DNA from: an uncultured virus (IMG/VR IMGVR_UViG_3300005512_000015) | Lineage: Duplodnaviria; Heunggongvirae; Uroviricota; Caudoviricetes | DNA length: 64,000 bases | Strand: one strand, 5' to 3' | IMG/VR virus record: IMGVR_UViG_3300005512_000015 | Translations under genes and position numbers: made by a program | Notes under the pieces: model-generated | Database searches by the model: none | What the model was told of the DNA's origin: nothing | The model's input: only the letters and a program-made list of their open reading frames with translations | Shown: in pieces, positions 9,345 through 19,601 of the stretch | How positions within the stretch are numbered: the stretch's first letter is position 1 | Layout: the number at the start of each line of letters is the position of its first letter

Positions 9345-9605
9345 TTAAAGAATGTACTCAGGGAAATCTTTTTTCAATCTTTCAACATAATATTTGTAGT
9401 ACTTTGAACTCTTAAAGTTTGTAATATCCTTGCCTTTTTCTAATTGCTCTAACATGCAATAAAATCTGGCATCTTCACGACTATTATATAGTTGATTATC
9501 TTTCTTTTTAAATATTACATCAGCTGGAACAAGGTACCCATCACCGACTTCAACCACAGATATTACTGAGTTTCCGTCGATGATGAACTTTGTTTCAGGT
9601 TTCAT
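9345..9605 (-). CDS. Hypothetical protein coupled to the ParM-like gene
   Basis: ATGA overlap with the upstream gene. Confidence 0.7.
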   Translation of the reverse strand: MKPETKFIIDGNSVISVVEVGDGYLVPADVIFKKKDNQLYNSREDARFYCMLEQLEKGKDITNFKSSKYYKYYVERLKKDFPEYIL

Positions 9606-10558
9606 GCTTTTGTACAGGCGAAGTGAAAAAACCCGATACTGTTATAATACTCGTGTTTAGTTTTTGGTACTCTAATAAATCCATCATCTGTAGATTTGAA
9701 GATAGTAGATCCTCCACCACTTAAGCTAATGAAATCACATTTATCTAGAATTTTACCATACTTTGCTTCAATCAATGCTAGCAATTCTTTTAGATAAGAT
9801 TTTTTAACTTCATCTACGTAATCCTTGAACTCGTGTTTCGTTCCACGTAATTTGTAGATTCCAGTATCGATAATTTCTTTAGCTTCGTGTAAAGTAATAC
9901 TCCTACCGTGAAGCTCTTTAACTTTTTTGGCAACCAATGTAGCAATTTTCATTACTCCTTCTCGTTCAATACCTTCAAATAAGTTTGGCGATGTTTTACC
10001 ATCTGTAACCAAGAACATATCCAACGTATTAAATCCAATATCACAACCTACGAACGAAGTTGCTCCAGTGAATTCTTGCTGTTGATTAGGGAAGTTATTA
10101 CCATATTTGTCAATACATAGTTTAGATCCAGCACCCTGAGGTAAGATATAAACTTCATTGAATTCAAATGGTTCACCACTTACTTCGAAGCTCATTAAGC
10201 CTTCTTTGAAGTGACCTGAATTTTGAATTTGTGCTTTTGATAATCCTGATACAATAATATCAGGTTTAAAACCAATCAATTTAATTACATGATATAGGAA
10301 TAATGGTGCGTAATATTCTAGGTTTTTATAATCAGTAATGTCAATCAAGTTTTCTGATGGTAGATGCAAAGCATTCTCACCAACATAATAACTATGATCT
10401 TTGAAATCATAAATCCTAGAATCTTGAACGTATTCATTGCGTTTAGTGATTCCAATAGTTGATGTAAACTTAAATTGCTTATCAACTTGTCCTTCTGATG
10501 TACCTACGGTGACTTTAACGTCGCCAAAGCCGATATCAATACCTAACACCTTTTTCAT
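9602..10558 (-). CDS. ParM/StbA-like actin-fold ATPase
   Basis: Actin motifs GIDIGFGDVK, PQGAG, DIGFNTLD, SGGGS. Confidence 0.88.
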   Translation of the reverse strand: MKKVLGIDIGFGDVKVTVGTSEGQVDKQFKFTSTIGITKRNEYVQDSRIYDFKDHSYYVGENALHLPSENLIDITDYKNLEYYAPLFLYHVIKLIGFKPDIIVSGLSKAQIQNSGHFKEGLMSFEVSGEPFEFNEVYILPQGAGSKLCIDKYGNNFPNQQQEFTGATSFVGCDIGFNTLDMFLVTDGKTSPNLFEGIEREGVMKIATLVAKKVKELHGRSITLHEAKEIIDTGIYKLRGTKHEFKDYVDEVKKSYLKELLALIEAKYGKILDKCDFISLSGGGSTIFKSTDDGFIRVPKTKHEYYNSIGFFHFACTKA

Positions 10559-10589
10559 ATCTATCCTTTTTGCTTTTTAGATTAAGTTA

Positions 10590-10611
10590 ATTATATCCAA
10601 TAGTTAGTTAA
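10590..10611 (-). promoter_or_regulatory. TTAA-N12-TATAAT promoter
   Basis: Repeated motif. Confidence 0.65.
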
Positions 10612-10619
10612 TTTTTTGA

Positions 10620-10940
10620 TTAAAAATCGAAATTCTGTAACTCTTCAGCTACACTAACTGGTTTTTCCTCACGATGAATTTGAGGAGGTTTAACAACTTC
10701 ATTTGAAACTCCGCCAAAATCAGTATTTAGATCTAGTGTTTCTCCATTTCTAGACTTTGGTCGCGAAGTTTGATCGCTTTCATTAGTCTTTGGTGTCGTT
10801 TTAATTGACGTTTCTTCTCTTGTTTTGTTTCTATTAGAATTGCTATTGTCACCACCAGTAGTAACAACAGAGCTACCATCGCTAAAATTAATGTGAAGTT
10901 CATCAATGTCCTTTGTACATTCTATATTTAATTTAAACAT
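10620..10940 (-). CDS. Hypothetical protein, disordered middle, C-terminus EELQNFDF
   Basis: ORF track; resembles its neighbour. Confidence 0.7.
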   Translation of the reverse strand: MFKLNIECTKDIDELHINFSDGSSVVTTGGDNSNSNRNKTREETSIKTTPKTNESDQTSRPKSRNGETLDLNTDFGGVSNEVVKPPQIHREEKPVSVAEELQNFDF

Positions 10941-11215
10941 TAGAATTCCAGATTTTGCATCTCATCAGGAATTTCCTTTGTAGGTCTTTCATCAGATCTA
11001 AAATTTGGGCCTTCTGGCGTAGTCTTTTGATTTAAATTAGTTGATTGCATTGGTGGAACCGGATCATCAAATGTAATGTCATTGTCTTCATCTACCCTTG
11101 GTCGAATAGTGACATCTTCATTAACAGTCGAAACTTCACCATCTTCAAACTCAATATCGAATGTGATTTTCTTAACATCTCTATTATTTGGTAAATCTTT
11201 AATCTCAATAATCAT
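10940..11215 (-). CDS. Hypothetical protein, C-terminus DEMQNLEF
   Basis: Start revised to MIIEIKD, downstream of a promoter and AGGA SD. Confidence 0.7.
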   Translation of the reverse strand: MIIEIKDLPNNRDVKKITFDIEFEDGEVSTVNEDVTIRPRVDEDNDITFDDPVPPMQSTNLNQKTTPEGPNFRSDERPTKEIPDEMQNLEF

Positions 11216-11240
11216 TCTTTCTTTCCTATTGCTTTCGTTT

Positions 11241-11262
11241 ATTATAACAAAAGATTGCTTAA
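11241..11262 (-). promoter_or_regulatory. TTAA-N12-TATAAT promoter
   Basis: Repeated motif. Confidence 0.6.
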
Positions 11263-11693
11263 AAATCGCGCTTAATTCTATCAATTATGCCTTTACACAT
11301 TCGAATAGTATCAAGAGCAGTTCCAAAGTCTTTAGCTAGTTTACCTCTAATAGATTCATTGACATATGCATCTTTAATGTTGTTTAAAAGAAATTCATCC
11401 ATTGATTGAGCAACTTCACTCAATGGCCAGGAATAACCTGGAATGTCTAATTTTTTTCTAATAGTACGTAGCTCACTATATTTGCTAATCAAAAATTCAT
11501 CAAGAGCATTAATATAATCTATATCAATATATTTTATTGTTGAAGGGTCGTCAAGATAGAGTAAGCACAGAATTTTAATTTCGTGAATTAATTTATCCTG
11601 CTTCTCTTCATTTACATATCCTCCAGATGTTGCTATATCCTGGACAATATCTAAAATCTCTTCCTTCGTAAATTCTCTATCTTGACTAACCAT
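11259..11693 (-). CDS. Hypothetical protein
   Basis: ORF coupled to phoH. Confidence 0.7.
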   Translation of the reverse strand: MVSQDREFTKEEILDIVQDIATSGGYVNEEKQDKLIHEIKILCLLYLDDPSTIKYIDIDYINALDEFLISKYSELRTIRKKLDIPGYSWPLSEVAQSMDEFLLNNIKDAYVNESIRGKLAKDFGTALDTIRMCKGIIDRIKRDF

Positions 11694-13072
11694 TATTTGT
11701 TCTCAAAGATTTTTTCGGTCCAAGCAGTAATCTTACCACGTACAACTTTATTAAGTTCAGTACCAAATAATACAACATCTTCAGATTCTTCACGAGACGC
11801 ACTGATCAAAGTTGATAAACCATTTGTATGTTTGTTAACATATGGGTGGTCAATCTGACGGTTAGATCCAATACAAATTACTTTACAATCTTTATCCATA
11901 CGTGATAGAACAGTTTGTAATGATGTTTTTGCAAAGTTTTGCACCTCATCAATGATAACATAAGCACGTGAAATTGTACGTCCACGAATAGAACCGTTCC
12001 ACATAGTCTCAATGTTGTATTTACCAATCATGTCAGCAACTTTAGAATCAATAGACTCCTGAGATTCATTGTTATCTTTTTTCTTCATATCTTTTTGAGC
12101 AATGAATTCCAATGTATCATATAATGGGTAATTATAGATTTTGAATTTTTCTTCCATACCTGGTAAGAAACCAACTTCTTCAGCTTTATCAACTGATTCT
12201 ACTGAGTTACGAATATAAACAATTTTGTCATATTTACCTTGGCGTACTTGCTTAATACCAGCAGCCAACGCTAGAAGTGTCTTACCTGAACCAGCTAATG
12301 CTTCAATAATAGCAACATCAACTCGATTATCAAGCATTCCAGCCATTGCAAATTTTTGTCCAACATTTAATGGCTTAACTGTTAGGCCGTGGAAATCTTC
12401 TTCACCAATAAAGTTAATTTGTTTATTAACAATAAATGCGATTTTTTCATTTCCATCTTCAGCTTTAAAATGATAACAATAGTTTTCAGGCTTATATTCT
12501 GGATCATATTCACTAATGAATTTTCCTTCCATTGAATTGAATTCGCCACTTTTTACGTCTTCTAAAACTTTAATAAACTCAGGTTTATCAGATCCTTTAG
12601 TATGAGCAGTTCCTTCTGTTTTTACGTTTAATGAAATAGCACGTGTACGACACATAATATCATTACTTAGAAGAATTGTTTCTTCTGGCATTTTGTAATA
12701 ATTTGTTACAAATTGAGCAACTTTAATAATCTTACGATCATTGATTACATCACGTTCTACATTGTGAAGTGCATAATCTTTAAAAGAAATAATATCAACA
12801 TAGATATTTTTAACTTTTAATGACATAATCGTCACGTCTTTCTTAGAACCAGCTTTCTTAGTTTTAACAACCTCGGCTTCTGAAAGAATGCGCCCGAATT
12901 CTCTTGCTTGGAAATTTATTTCAGCAAATCCAGATTTTTTTGAATCTAGTTCATCGATAACTGTTTCTGGAAGTACGATAAGATTATTACCGCCTTGTCC
13001 AATTGTTAAAACTTCTTGCGCATCGGCTAGTATAATGTTTGTATCTAGCACATAAATTTTTTCAAAGTTCAA
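11693..13072 (-). CDS. phoH: PIN-PhoH (PhoH2) protein
   Basis: PIN motif YVLDTNI...VIDELD; AGSGKT, GFLPG, IRGRT, IIDEVQN, QID. Confidence 0.92.
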   Translation of the reverse strand: MNFEKIYVLDTNIILADAQEVLTIGQGGNNLIVLPETVIDELDSKKSGFAEINFQAREFGRILSEAEVVKTKKAGSKKDVTIMSLKVKNIYVDIISFKDYALHNVERDVINDRKIIKVAQFVTNYYKMPEETILLSNDIMCRTRAISLNVKTEGTAHTKGSDKPEFIKVLEDVKSGEFNSMEGKFISEYDPEYKPENYCYHFKAEDGNEKIAFIVNKQINFIGEEDFHGLTVKPLNVGQKFAMAGMLDNRVDVAIIEALAGSGKTLLALAAGIKQVRQGKYDKIVYIRNSVESVDKAEEVGFLPGMEEKFKIYNYPLYDTLEFIAQKDMKKKDNNESQESIDSKVADMIGKYNIETMWNGSIRGRTISRAYVIIDEVQNFAKTSLQTVLSRMDKDCKVICIGSNRQIDHPYVNKHTNGLSTLISASREESEDVVLFGTELNKVVRGKITAWTEKIFENK

Positions 13073-13087
13073 ATTTAACCCCTTAAG

Positions 13088-13468
13088 TTAGATAATTTCT
13101 TTTTCTGCTTTTTCGATAATTTTAATGATTTTCTCCTTATGTTGTATTTCAAACCACTCTTTCGACAATGTCGTTGGAGGTGTATGGTCATACATATAAC
13201 TCAAAACTCGTCTTTCTACTTCGTTGACATCTTCAAACATTTTGCTGATAAGTAACATTTTAGCTGTAGGAAATGGTTTATCTGAGTTATAGCCTATTAA
13301 GCGTCTCTTACAATCCGAAGTCCTTCCAACTTTAATATACTCTGGAAAATTTGAATCAAATAGAACATACATAAAACCTCTACGGTCTGTATATTTTTCT
13401 AATGGTGGAGTGGTATAATCAGCGATGTTAAATTCTGTCAAGTCCTCCGTATCTGGTACTATTAACAT
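13088..13468 (-). CDS. T5orf172/GIY-YIG-like domain protein
   Basis: GFMYV...IKVGRTS...RRL..YN, KEWF. Confidence 0.75.
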   Translation of the reverse strand: MLIVPDTEDLTEFNIADYTTPPLEKYTDRRGFMYVLFDSNFPEYIKVGRTSDCKRRLIGYNSDKPFPTAKMLLISKMFEDVNEVERRVLSYMYDHTPPTTLSKEWFEIQHKEKIIKIIEKAEKEII

Positions 13469-13476
13469 ATCTCTCC

Positions 13477-14136
13477 TTAAATATTGAATTTAGAACTATA
13501 ATCACCACGAATTTTAGGGCGTTTATATTTTCCATCTTCAAAGTACGGTGTTTCTGTGAATTTGATTAGTTGATCGTTCCCACGAAAAACTTTCCAATTC
13601 AGTTCTGCTTCAAATCTACCAGGTTCTGATAAATCCTTATTTCTTTCTAATAAAATTTGCTCTTTATCCAAAAAATTATTAATCATTTTATTGGTCGCTA
13701 AACAAACTCTATATTTGTTGTTATAGTATTTACCCATATACCATACACGGCCAGGATAATCTTTCGTGATTGATTCAATCTCTTCTCTATTTTTAACAGT
13801 AAAAAATACAGCATAATCAGATTTACGAGCTTCTTTTAATGGTTCATTTTCCACAAACTTTAATAGTGCTTTTGCGCCATTATCATTGTCACGTCTCAAC
13901 AATAGATATTCTTCATTAGCTCTTAATGGCATTACGGTATTAACCATCCAACGAGACTCTGAATCAGTGGCTTTGTCATAGTTAACCATTACTGGAGTTT
14001 CTTCTAGCTGGAAATACCAATCAAAAGGCGCTTTAACATTAATGAATTCTTTAAAATCTACACCATTATTTTTAAGTGCTTCTTTACATTCATTATAAAA
14101 TTGTGTATCATAATATGGGTCAATAGTAATAAACAA
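13477..14136 (-). CDS. Hypothetical protein
   Basis: 219-aa ORF, TTG start, AAGGA SD. Confidence 0.7.
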   Translation of the reverse strand: MFITIDPYYDTQFYNECKEALKNNGVDFKEFINVKAPFDWYFQLEETPVMVNYDKATDSESRWMVNTVMPLRANEEYLLLRRDNDNGAKALLKFVENEPLKEARKSDYAVFFTVKNREEIESITKDYPGRVWYMGKYYNNKYRVCLATNKMINNFLDKEQILLERNKDLSEPGRFEAELNWKVFRGNDQLIKFTETPYFEDGKYKRPKIRGDYSSKFNI

Positions 14137-14169
14137 CGTTTTGTTTCCTTTTGTTTTTATTTATCAAAG

Positions 14170-14541
14170 TTAATGTAACTCATAATCAACAACTTTAATA
14201 ATAGCTAAATTATCTGAAACAATAACACCTTTAACTAAACCATATTGCCCTGGGTATTTAAAAAGATGATACAAATAAACACTATTTAACCAAGCTGTGT
14301 AAGTGGGAATAAACCAAAGTGTTAGAGCTGAAATAAGTAGTTTTTTATCTGTATTATTTTGTTTTATTGCGGATGTTCTCATTAAAATAAAATTAGTATA
14401 TTCAATTTTACTCTTTTCATCTAATGAAATTAACTTTATTGATGCAACTAATCCTGTTAAAATAGTACTTACAAAATTAATTATATATCCAAAAATAATA
14501 TAAGAAATAATCATTTCACTAGAAAAATTAAAGAACTCCAT
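14170..14541 (-). CDS. Hypothetical membrane protein
   Basis: Two hydrophobic segments. Confidence 0.65.
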   Translation of the reverse strand: MEFFNFSSEMIISYIIFGYIINFVSTILTGLVASIKLISLDEKSKIEYTNFILMRTSAIKQNNTDKKLLISALTLWFIPTYTAWLNSVYLYHLFKYPGQYGLVKGVIVSDNLAIIKVVDYELH

Positions 14542-15849
14542 TTAAAGCTCCTCAATCCAAAGTTGTTCAATAGATTTCTTAAGTAGTTCATCCAATTTAG
14601 ATTTGCTTACTTTGATATCATCTTGAAGCTTTGCCATACGTTCTTCAGTCAGTGAAAGAATATTCATATTCAATAGGTAATCATAAGAACCATCTTTTTG
14701 AATAATCTCTGTTACATTGTCAAGATCTTTTTCAATATCAGCTTTTTTACGTTTAGCAACTTTTAGTTTATCTTCAACAATCATTTTAATGAATAGATAT
14801 TTAGAAAAGTCAAACCTAATTTGTTCATCTAACTTGGCAGCAACATTATCTTTACGATCACTCATATAAGATAGTTTTACTTGGATGTAATGATCTATGA
14901 TTTCTTTAGCACCATCAAATACTTTGATTTTGTTATTCTCATCGATAACAGTATAGTTTTCTGATACCTTTTTAACTAGCTTAAGTTTAACAAGCAATTC
15001 ATCTTCAGACCATTGCTTTAGTAGCTTACTTGGAATAGTAACTTCAAAGTTGAAATTATCATCTTCAGATTTATCTTTGTAAGATTGAATAATCTTCTTA
15101 TCTTCCAAGTCATCAAGAACATTGATATAACTTTTTAAGTTATAACCAATCGGTACTTCAGTAATTTCTACTTTGTTGACACCTTTAGTTTTTACTACAC
15201 CTTTGATTAACCATTGAGCACTATGTTCACCTTGTTCAATAGTACCACCAAAGCCGTTGTAAAATGGTTCAAAACCATAACGAGGAGACTTACCTTCAAG
15301 TGTTGATTTGATGTAGTTTGTAATCTTAGCTGGATCACGTGGTAAAATCTTTTGGGCAAAACCAGATGATACACCTTCACTTCCATTAACTAATAGTATA
15401 GGTAATGAAGGAACATAGAACATTGGTTCAATTTGTTGTCCTTCAAAGAATTGATGCTTAAGGATAGCAGTATCTTCTTTCTTGAACAATTCAAAGAATT
15501 CAGGAGTACCATAAGTGTAGATATACCTTGATGCTGAAGCTTCTTGAGAGAACCTTGTACCAAAGTTACCTTTTTTCTGTAGTAGTGGAACGTTGTTTGT
15601 ACCTGGGAAATCTTGTCCAAGGTTAACAATAACACCATCAAGACTGCCATGTAGATATTCAGCAAACTCAGCTACCTTTGAACCAAGTTGAGATACCTTA
15701 ATTTTATCTTTAATGTTTTTCTCAAGGATTGTGTATAGAATTTTACGTGAACCGTTTTTCTGACCATCAACCAAAGAAGCAATCTTACGTAAGTTATCAT
15801 AAGATGCTTGGTCAACGTAATCCTTATTAAAAAATTCTGATATTTTCAT
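14542..15849 (-). CDS. gp52: DNA topoisomerase II medium subunit (gp52, GyrA/ParC-like)
   Basis: DGQKNGSRK, YLHG, GNFG, catalytic SRY, LLVNGSEG. Confidence 0.93.
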   Translation of the reverse strand: MKISEFFNKDYVDQASYDNLRKIASLVDGQKNGSRKILYTILEKNIKDKIKVSQLGSKVAEFAEYLHGSLDGVIVNLGQDFPGTNNVPLLQKKGNFGTRFSQEASASRYIYTYGTPEFFELFKKEDTAILKHQFFEGQQIEPMFYVPSLPILLVNGSEGVSSGFAQKILPRDPAKITNYIKSTLEGKSPRYGFEPFYNGFGGTIEQGEHSAQWLIKGVVKTKGVNKVEITEVPIGYNLKSYINVLDDLEDKKIIQSYKDKSEDDNFNFEVTIPSKLLKQWSEDELLVKLKLVKKVSENYTVIDENNKIKVFDGAKEIIDHYIQVKLSYMSDRKDNVAAKLDEQIRFDFSKYLFIKMIVEDKLKVAKRKKADIEKDLDNVTEIIQKDGSYDYLLNMNILSLTEERMAKLQDDIKVSKSKLDELLKKSIEQLWIEEL

Positions 15850-15877
15850 TTGAACCCTTTGTTTAATTTATAGTACT

Positions 15878-15907
15878 ATTATATCAAGTATTTCGTTAAA
15901 AGTAAAT
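15878..15907 (-). promoter_or_regulatory. Hybrid promoter: TTAA-N12-TATAAT plus TTTACT -35
   Basis: Both motifs present. Confidence 0.6.
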
Positions 15908-15985
15908 AAAATAATGAATAATATTCTGCACTAATGTGCAGTTTAATTGGGTGTTTTGAGCATTTATGTGCACGACAGATCAGTA

Positions 15986-17785
15986 TTACAATTTAGCAAT
16001 ACTGAAGTCGTTATCAAGAATGTATTTTTTACGAGGTTCCGAATCATCACCAAGCCATTCATCAATAATCTTATCGTTATCAAACTCAAGGATGTTAATC
16101 ATTTTAGCTAATCCATCAGCTTTAACAACTTCCTTAAGATCATCGCTATCCCATGAACCTAAACCTTTGTAGTAGTTTGAATGTTCACCAGCTTTTAGTT
16201 TTACTTCATCACTAAGGTTATAATACCAAGATATCAATTTATCTTTCTTAGTAACACCAATAACTGGAGTTTGAAGCATACCAATTTTACCTTTAAGCTC
16301 AGGTAAGTATTTCACAAAGAATCCAGTCAATAGACCTCTAATATGATAACCATCCAAGTCTTGGTCAGTAGCATAAATGATGTATTGGTAATCTTCATTT
16401 TGAATGATCTTATAAAGCTCAGATAATTCTTTGTTTGCGGTGAACTTAGATTGTGCTGCACTATAAGCATTCAATGGTTTACCTTTAAGAGTATAATAAC
16501 CACATTCTTTACGACCAAGAACTGGAGATAAACCACCAAGTGCTGATTCACCTTCAACAAGTAGTAGATATTTCTTAACACCAATGCTTGGTAGATACTT
16601 ATCAGACTTAATCTTCTTAACAGTTTTTTGTAGACCTCTTAGTTCTTGACGCTTTTTGAACTCTTCCTTAATTCTATAAACTTCAGTGATAGGATCAATG
16701 ATGTCTTTATTACGGAAGATTTTATTAACGATTTGATCAAATGGAATATCACCAAAGTACTCATTAATTTCAGCAGTACCATTAGTAATCTTTTCTTTTG
16801 ATTGTGAATTGAACTTTGTATTCTTTACATTCTTAAGGAATGCAACAACCATTAATTTGTTTTTGATATCACCAGGTTTGATAGTCTTGAACTTTTTAGC
16901 AAGCTTATCCCTAAGACCCGATACAACATTGTGAACAATAATGTCAATGTGTGTACCACCATCAGGAATTTTAAGACCATTTACATAACTGAACTGACGA
17001 AAATCATCAGCTTCATTTGGAAGGATAGCAAATTTGTAATCCTCAGTTTCATAAATTTCAGAGCTGTCAGTAAACAGGCTGATGTATTTTTTGAATGAGT
17101 TTACATTAATTTTCTTACCATTGAACTTGAATGTAAGCTCAGGGAAAGACATAGATAAGTTGATTAGTCTTTGATAGATAACATTCATATGTACAGTATC
17201 AATAGCTTCTAAGCCAAACTTAGGTAGATCAGGCCAGAATTTTACATTAACTCCAGTTTTACCTTTTGCTTCATCAACTTTATCAGTAAATGATGCGGCA
17301 TTATCTTTGAATGTGATAGTGTAAGATTGTGAACCATCATTAGTTTTACCAACGAACTTCTTAGAGAAACAGTTAGTAGCAAATGAACCAACACCATTCA
17401 TACCAATTTGAGTACGATTTTTATCATCATCAAAGTTTGAACCAGCTCTGGCATGACCCCAAGCTAATTCAGCTAGGTGGTGTCCATCAACATTTTTTTG
17501 AACAGGAATACCTGTACCATTGTCAATAACCTCAACAGTATCATCAGTCATTTTAACTGAGATTTCATTACAACCTTTGAAGTTTGTTTTGATTGCGACA
17601 TCGACAGAGTTATCAATGATCTCGTTAATGATTTTGATTAGACCAGGTACGAAAGAAATTTCTTTGTACTGGATTTTGTTATCTTCAAAAACATATTCAC
17701 TAGATTTAGTAAGGTCAACAGCACCAATGTACATTGATGGTCGTTGAATAATATGTTCTCTTTCGGAAAGTTTACGTATGCTCAT
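15986..17785 (-). CDS. gp39: DNA topoisomerase II large subunit (fused gp39+gp60, GyrB-like)
   Basis: RPSMYIG, EIIDNSVD, GMNGVGS, EGESA, LKGK, DQDLDG, YKGLGS. Confidence 0.95.
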   Translation of the reverse strand: MSIRKLSEREHIIQRPSMYIGAVDLTKSSEYVFEDNKIQYKEISFVPGLIKIINEIIDNSVDVAIKTNFKGCNEISVKMTDDTVEVIDNGTGIPVQKNVDGHHLAELAWGHARAGSNFDDDKNRTQIGMNGVGSFATNCFSKKFVGKTNDGSQSYTITFKDNAASFTDKVDEAKGKTGVNVKFWPDLPKFGLEAIDTVHMNVIYQRLINLSMSFPELTFKFNGKKINVNSFKKYISLFTDSSEIYETEDYKFAILPNEADDFRQFSYVNGLKIPDGGTHIDIIVHNVVSGLRDKLAKKFKTIKPGDIKNKLMVVAFLKNVKNTKFNSQSKEKITNGTAEINEYFGDIPFDQIVNKIFRNKDIIDPITEVYRIKEEFKKRQELRGLQKTVKKIKSDKYLPSIGVKKYLLLVEGESALGGLSPVLGRKECGYYTLKGKPLNAYSAAQSKFTANKELSELYKIIQNEDYQYIIYATDQDLDGYHIRGLLTGFFVKYLPELKGKIGMLQTPVIGVTKKDKLISWYYNLSDEVKLKAGEHSNYYKGLGSWDSDDLKEVVKADGLAKMINILEFDNDKIIDEWLGDDSEPRKKYILDNDFSIAKL

Positions 17786-17814
17786 TTCTATCCTTTTTGC
17801 TATTTGACTGTTCT

Positions 17815-17844
17815 ATTATATCAAGTCTTTTACTATTTGTAAAC
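17815..17844 (-). promoter_or_regulatory. Early promoter GTTTACA-N17-TATAAT
   Basis: Matches the T4 early consensus. Confidence 0.75.
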
Positions 17845-18031
17845 GGTTTTTTTCAATTTCTTTTAACTTCATTTTAATGTCATCAAGTCTATGAACAAAC
17901 AATTTATTGTCAACATAAGATTGCGAAATACCAGATTCAAATGCTTTCTTCTCGTATTCATCAATATAATTATCTATCTTCGTGATTAACTTGTTTATTG
18001 GATTTTTATTTATCATTTTGAGCCTCTCCAT
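17816..18031 (-). CDS. Hypothetical protein (start uncertain)
   Basis: ORF track. Confidence 0.5.
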   Translation of the reverse strand: MERLKMINKNPINKLITKIDNYIDEYEKKAFESGISQSYVDNKLFVHRLDDIKMKLKEIEKNRLQIVKDLI

Positions 18032-18203
18032 CTCTTAATGGATTGTAATCAGATTTACCAAAGATGAAATCTAAAACTTGTTCTTTAATAACTGGTTGAG
18101 CCATCTTAGCTTTTCTTTCGCTAGATTCTTTTTGCGCTTTGTAGAGAGCTTCTTGGCCTTTTCTTGTTATCTCGTCATTTTCTTTGTTAACATCTGTTTT
18201 CAT
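18006..18203 (-). CDS. Hypothetical protein
   Basis: AAGGA SD; promoter at 18231-18252. Confidence 0.65.
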   Translation of the reverse strand: MKTDVNKENDEITRKGQEALYKAQKESSERKAKMAQPVIKEQVLDFIFGKSDYNPLRDGEAQNDK

Positions 18204-18265
18204 TTAGGTCCTTTTTGATATATTTGAATAATTATATCAAGTCCTTTATTAAAGAATGATTAAAA

Positions 18266-18273
18266 TATAAATA
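18266..18273 (+). promoter_or_regulatory. Late promoter TATAAATA
   Basis: Upstream of gp15. Confidence 0.75.
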
Positions 18274-18298
18274 ATAACAAAAGTAAGTAGGAAATCAT

Positions 18299-19291
18299 AT
18301 GATTCATCACGGAACTATAAGAAAATATACCGCTGCACTCCTAGACTTATTTAATGGAATAGAGATCCAGTACGAAGATAGTAATGGAACTACATTAAGT
18401 AGAAATATTCCAATTAAGTACAGTTCAAGAGAAAAGGCTAAGATTCTTGACGATTATACTTCAGAGCAATTGTTTTCCGGTAATACTAACGTATTACCTA
18501 GAGCCAATCTCGCAATGAGTACAATGGTAAAAGCAGATTCAAGAATTCAAAACAAAAATTTAAAAATTGCAAAAATCAAGACTGATGATACGTTTGAATA
18601 TATGTATAATTCAGTTCCATACGAATTTACATTCGAATTAACTTTCCAATGTAGAGGTATGAATGAAGCTTCTCAAATTGTAGAACAAATTGCTCCTAAA
18701 TTTAATCCAACAGTTAATATAGACGTTTGGGATGTTTCAAATTTAGATGAACCAACAAGAGTTCCAGTTAAGCTTTTAGATATTGGTTTTGAAACTGAAG
18801 AATATGACGATGTTTCATCTAACATTGTTATGATTAATATTGGTCTTTCTATAATGGGTAATTTATATCCACCGATTAAATCAAGTGGTCGAATTAAAGA
18901 ATTCAAAATGTACGTTAATGAACAACAAGGTAATTTCTTTAATAAGAAATCTATTCTAGGTTGGGACGTAGACGACAATGGCGAATTGACAAACTCTAAT
19001 ATGACACAAGTAACTGATACGGTTACATATGCACCATCATTAATTAGTATTAACTCTGAGAATACCGTTCAAGTTGGATTAAATAATCTAGTATTGATTT
19101 ATGAAGACAAGGATAATAAGTTATCTGAGTTGACTTTTGAATGGGATGTTATAAGTGGAAGTGCCGTAGTTGTTGGTGATTTAGATACTGCTGAATTAAC
19201 AGTTTCTGCAGTTGGTGATGTAGAAGTGCAAGTTACAATTACCGATGCATTTGGTAATTATAACTCACTTTCAAAAACATTTACAATTTAG
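18299..19291 (+). CDS. gp15: Tail terminator/sheath stabiliser gp15 with Ig-like C-terminal extension
   Basis: HGTIRKY...LF, IPIKY..REK, LPR, VPY.F.FEL, QIVEQI.P.FNP. Confidence 0.85.
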   Translation: MIHHGTIRKYTAALLDLFNGIEIQYEDSNGTTLSRNIPIKYSSREKAKILDDYTSEQLFSGNTNVLPRANLAMSTMVKADSRIQNKNLKIAKIKTDDTFEYMYNSVPYEFTFELTFQCRGMNEASQIVEQIAPKFNPTVNIDVWDVSNLDEPTRVPVKLLDIGFETEEYDDVSSNIVMINIGLSIMGNLYPPIKSSGRIKEFKMYVNEQQGNFFNKKSILGWDVDDNGELTNSNMTQVTDTVTYAPSLISINSENTVQVGLNNLVLIYEDKDNKLSELTFEWDVISGSAVVVGDLDTAELTVSAVGDVEVQVTITDAFGNYNSLSKTFTI

Positions 19292-19587
19292 ATAATAATT
19301 TTTGATTTTTCCTGGATTTCGATACCAGTGGTTGCTTTTAAATAAGCTTTTTCGATTTCTGGGAAATCTTCTAATGGTGAACTCCATATAACATTCATTG
19401 GATGAATCTGCACAGCACCTGGGCCATTACCTAGATCCAAAATACCGTAAGGCATAATGTTACCTTCTTTTGCTTGATATGGTTGCTTAATCAAAATTTC
19501 CTGACCATTAGCACTTTCAACTCCTTCCATATTACCAAAGATAATTTCTCCAGTAATTAACTTAATAACCTTCTTTACGTTTGCCAT
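19288..19587 (-). CDS. Hypothetical Sm-like protein
   Basis: KVIKLITGEIIFG N-terminus typical of small T4-like phage proteins. Confidence 0.65.
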   Translation of the reverse strand: MANVKKVIKLITGEIIFGNMEGVESANGQEILIKQPYQAKEGNIMPYGILDLGNGPGAVQIHPMNVIWSSPLEDFPEIEKAYLKATTGIEIQEKSKIII

Positions 19588-19601
19588 GTTTTTCCTTCGT
19601 T

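Noticed and set aside
15820..15849. CTS-like start MKISEFFN of gp52 (and FKKYLAE in 41395-41607)
   Set aside because: gp52 lacks the cleavage Glu, and neither gene has a late promoter; treated as chance matches
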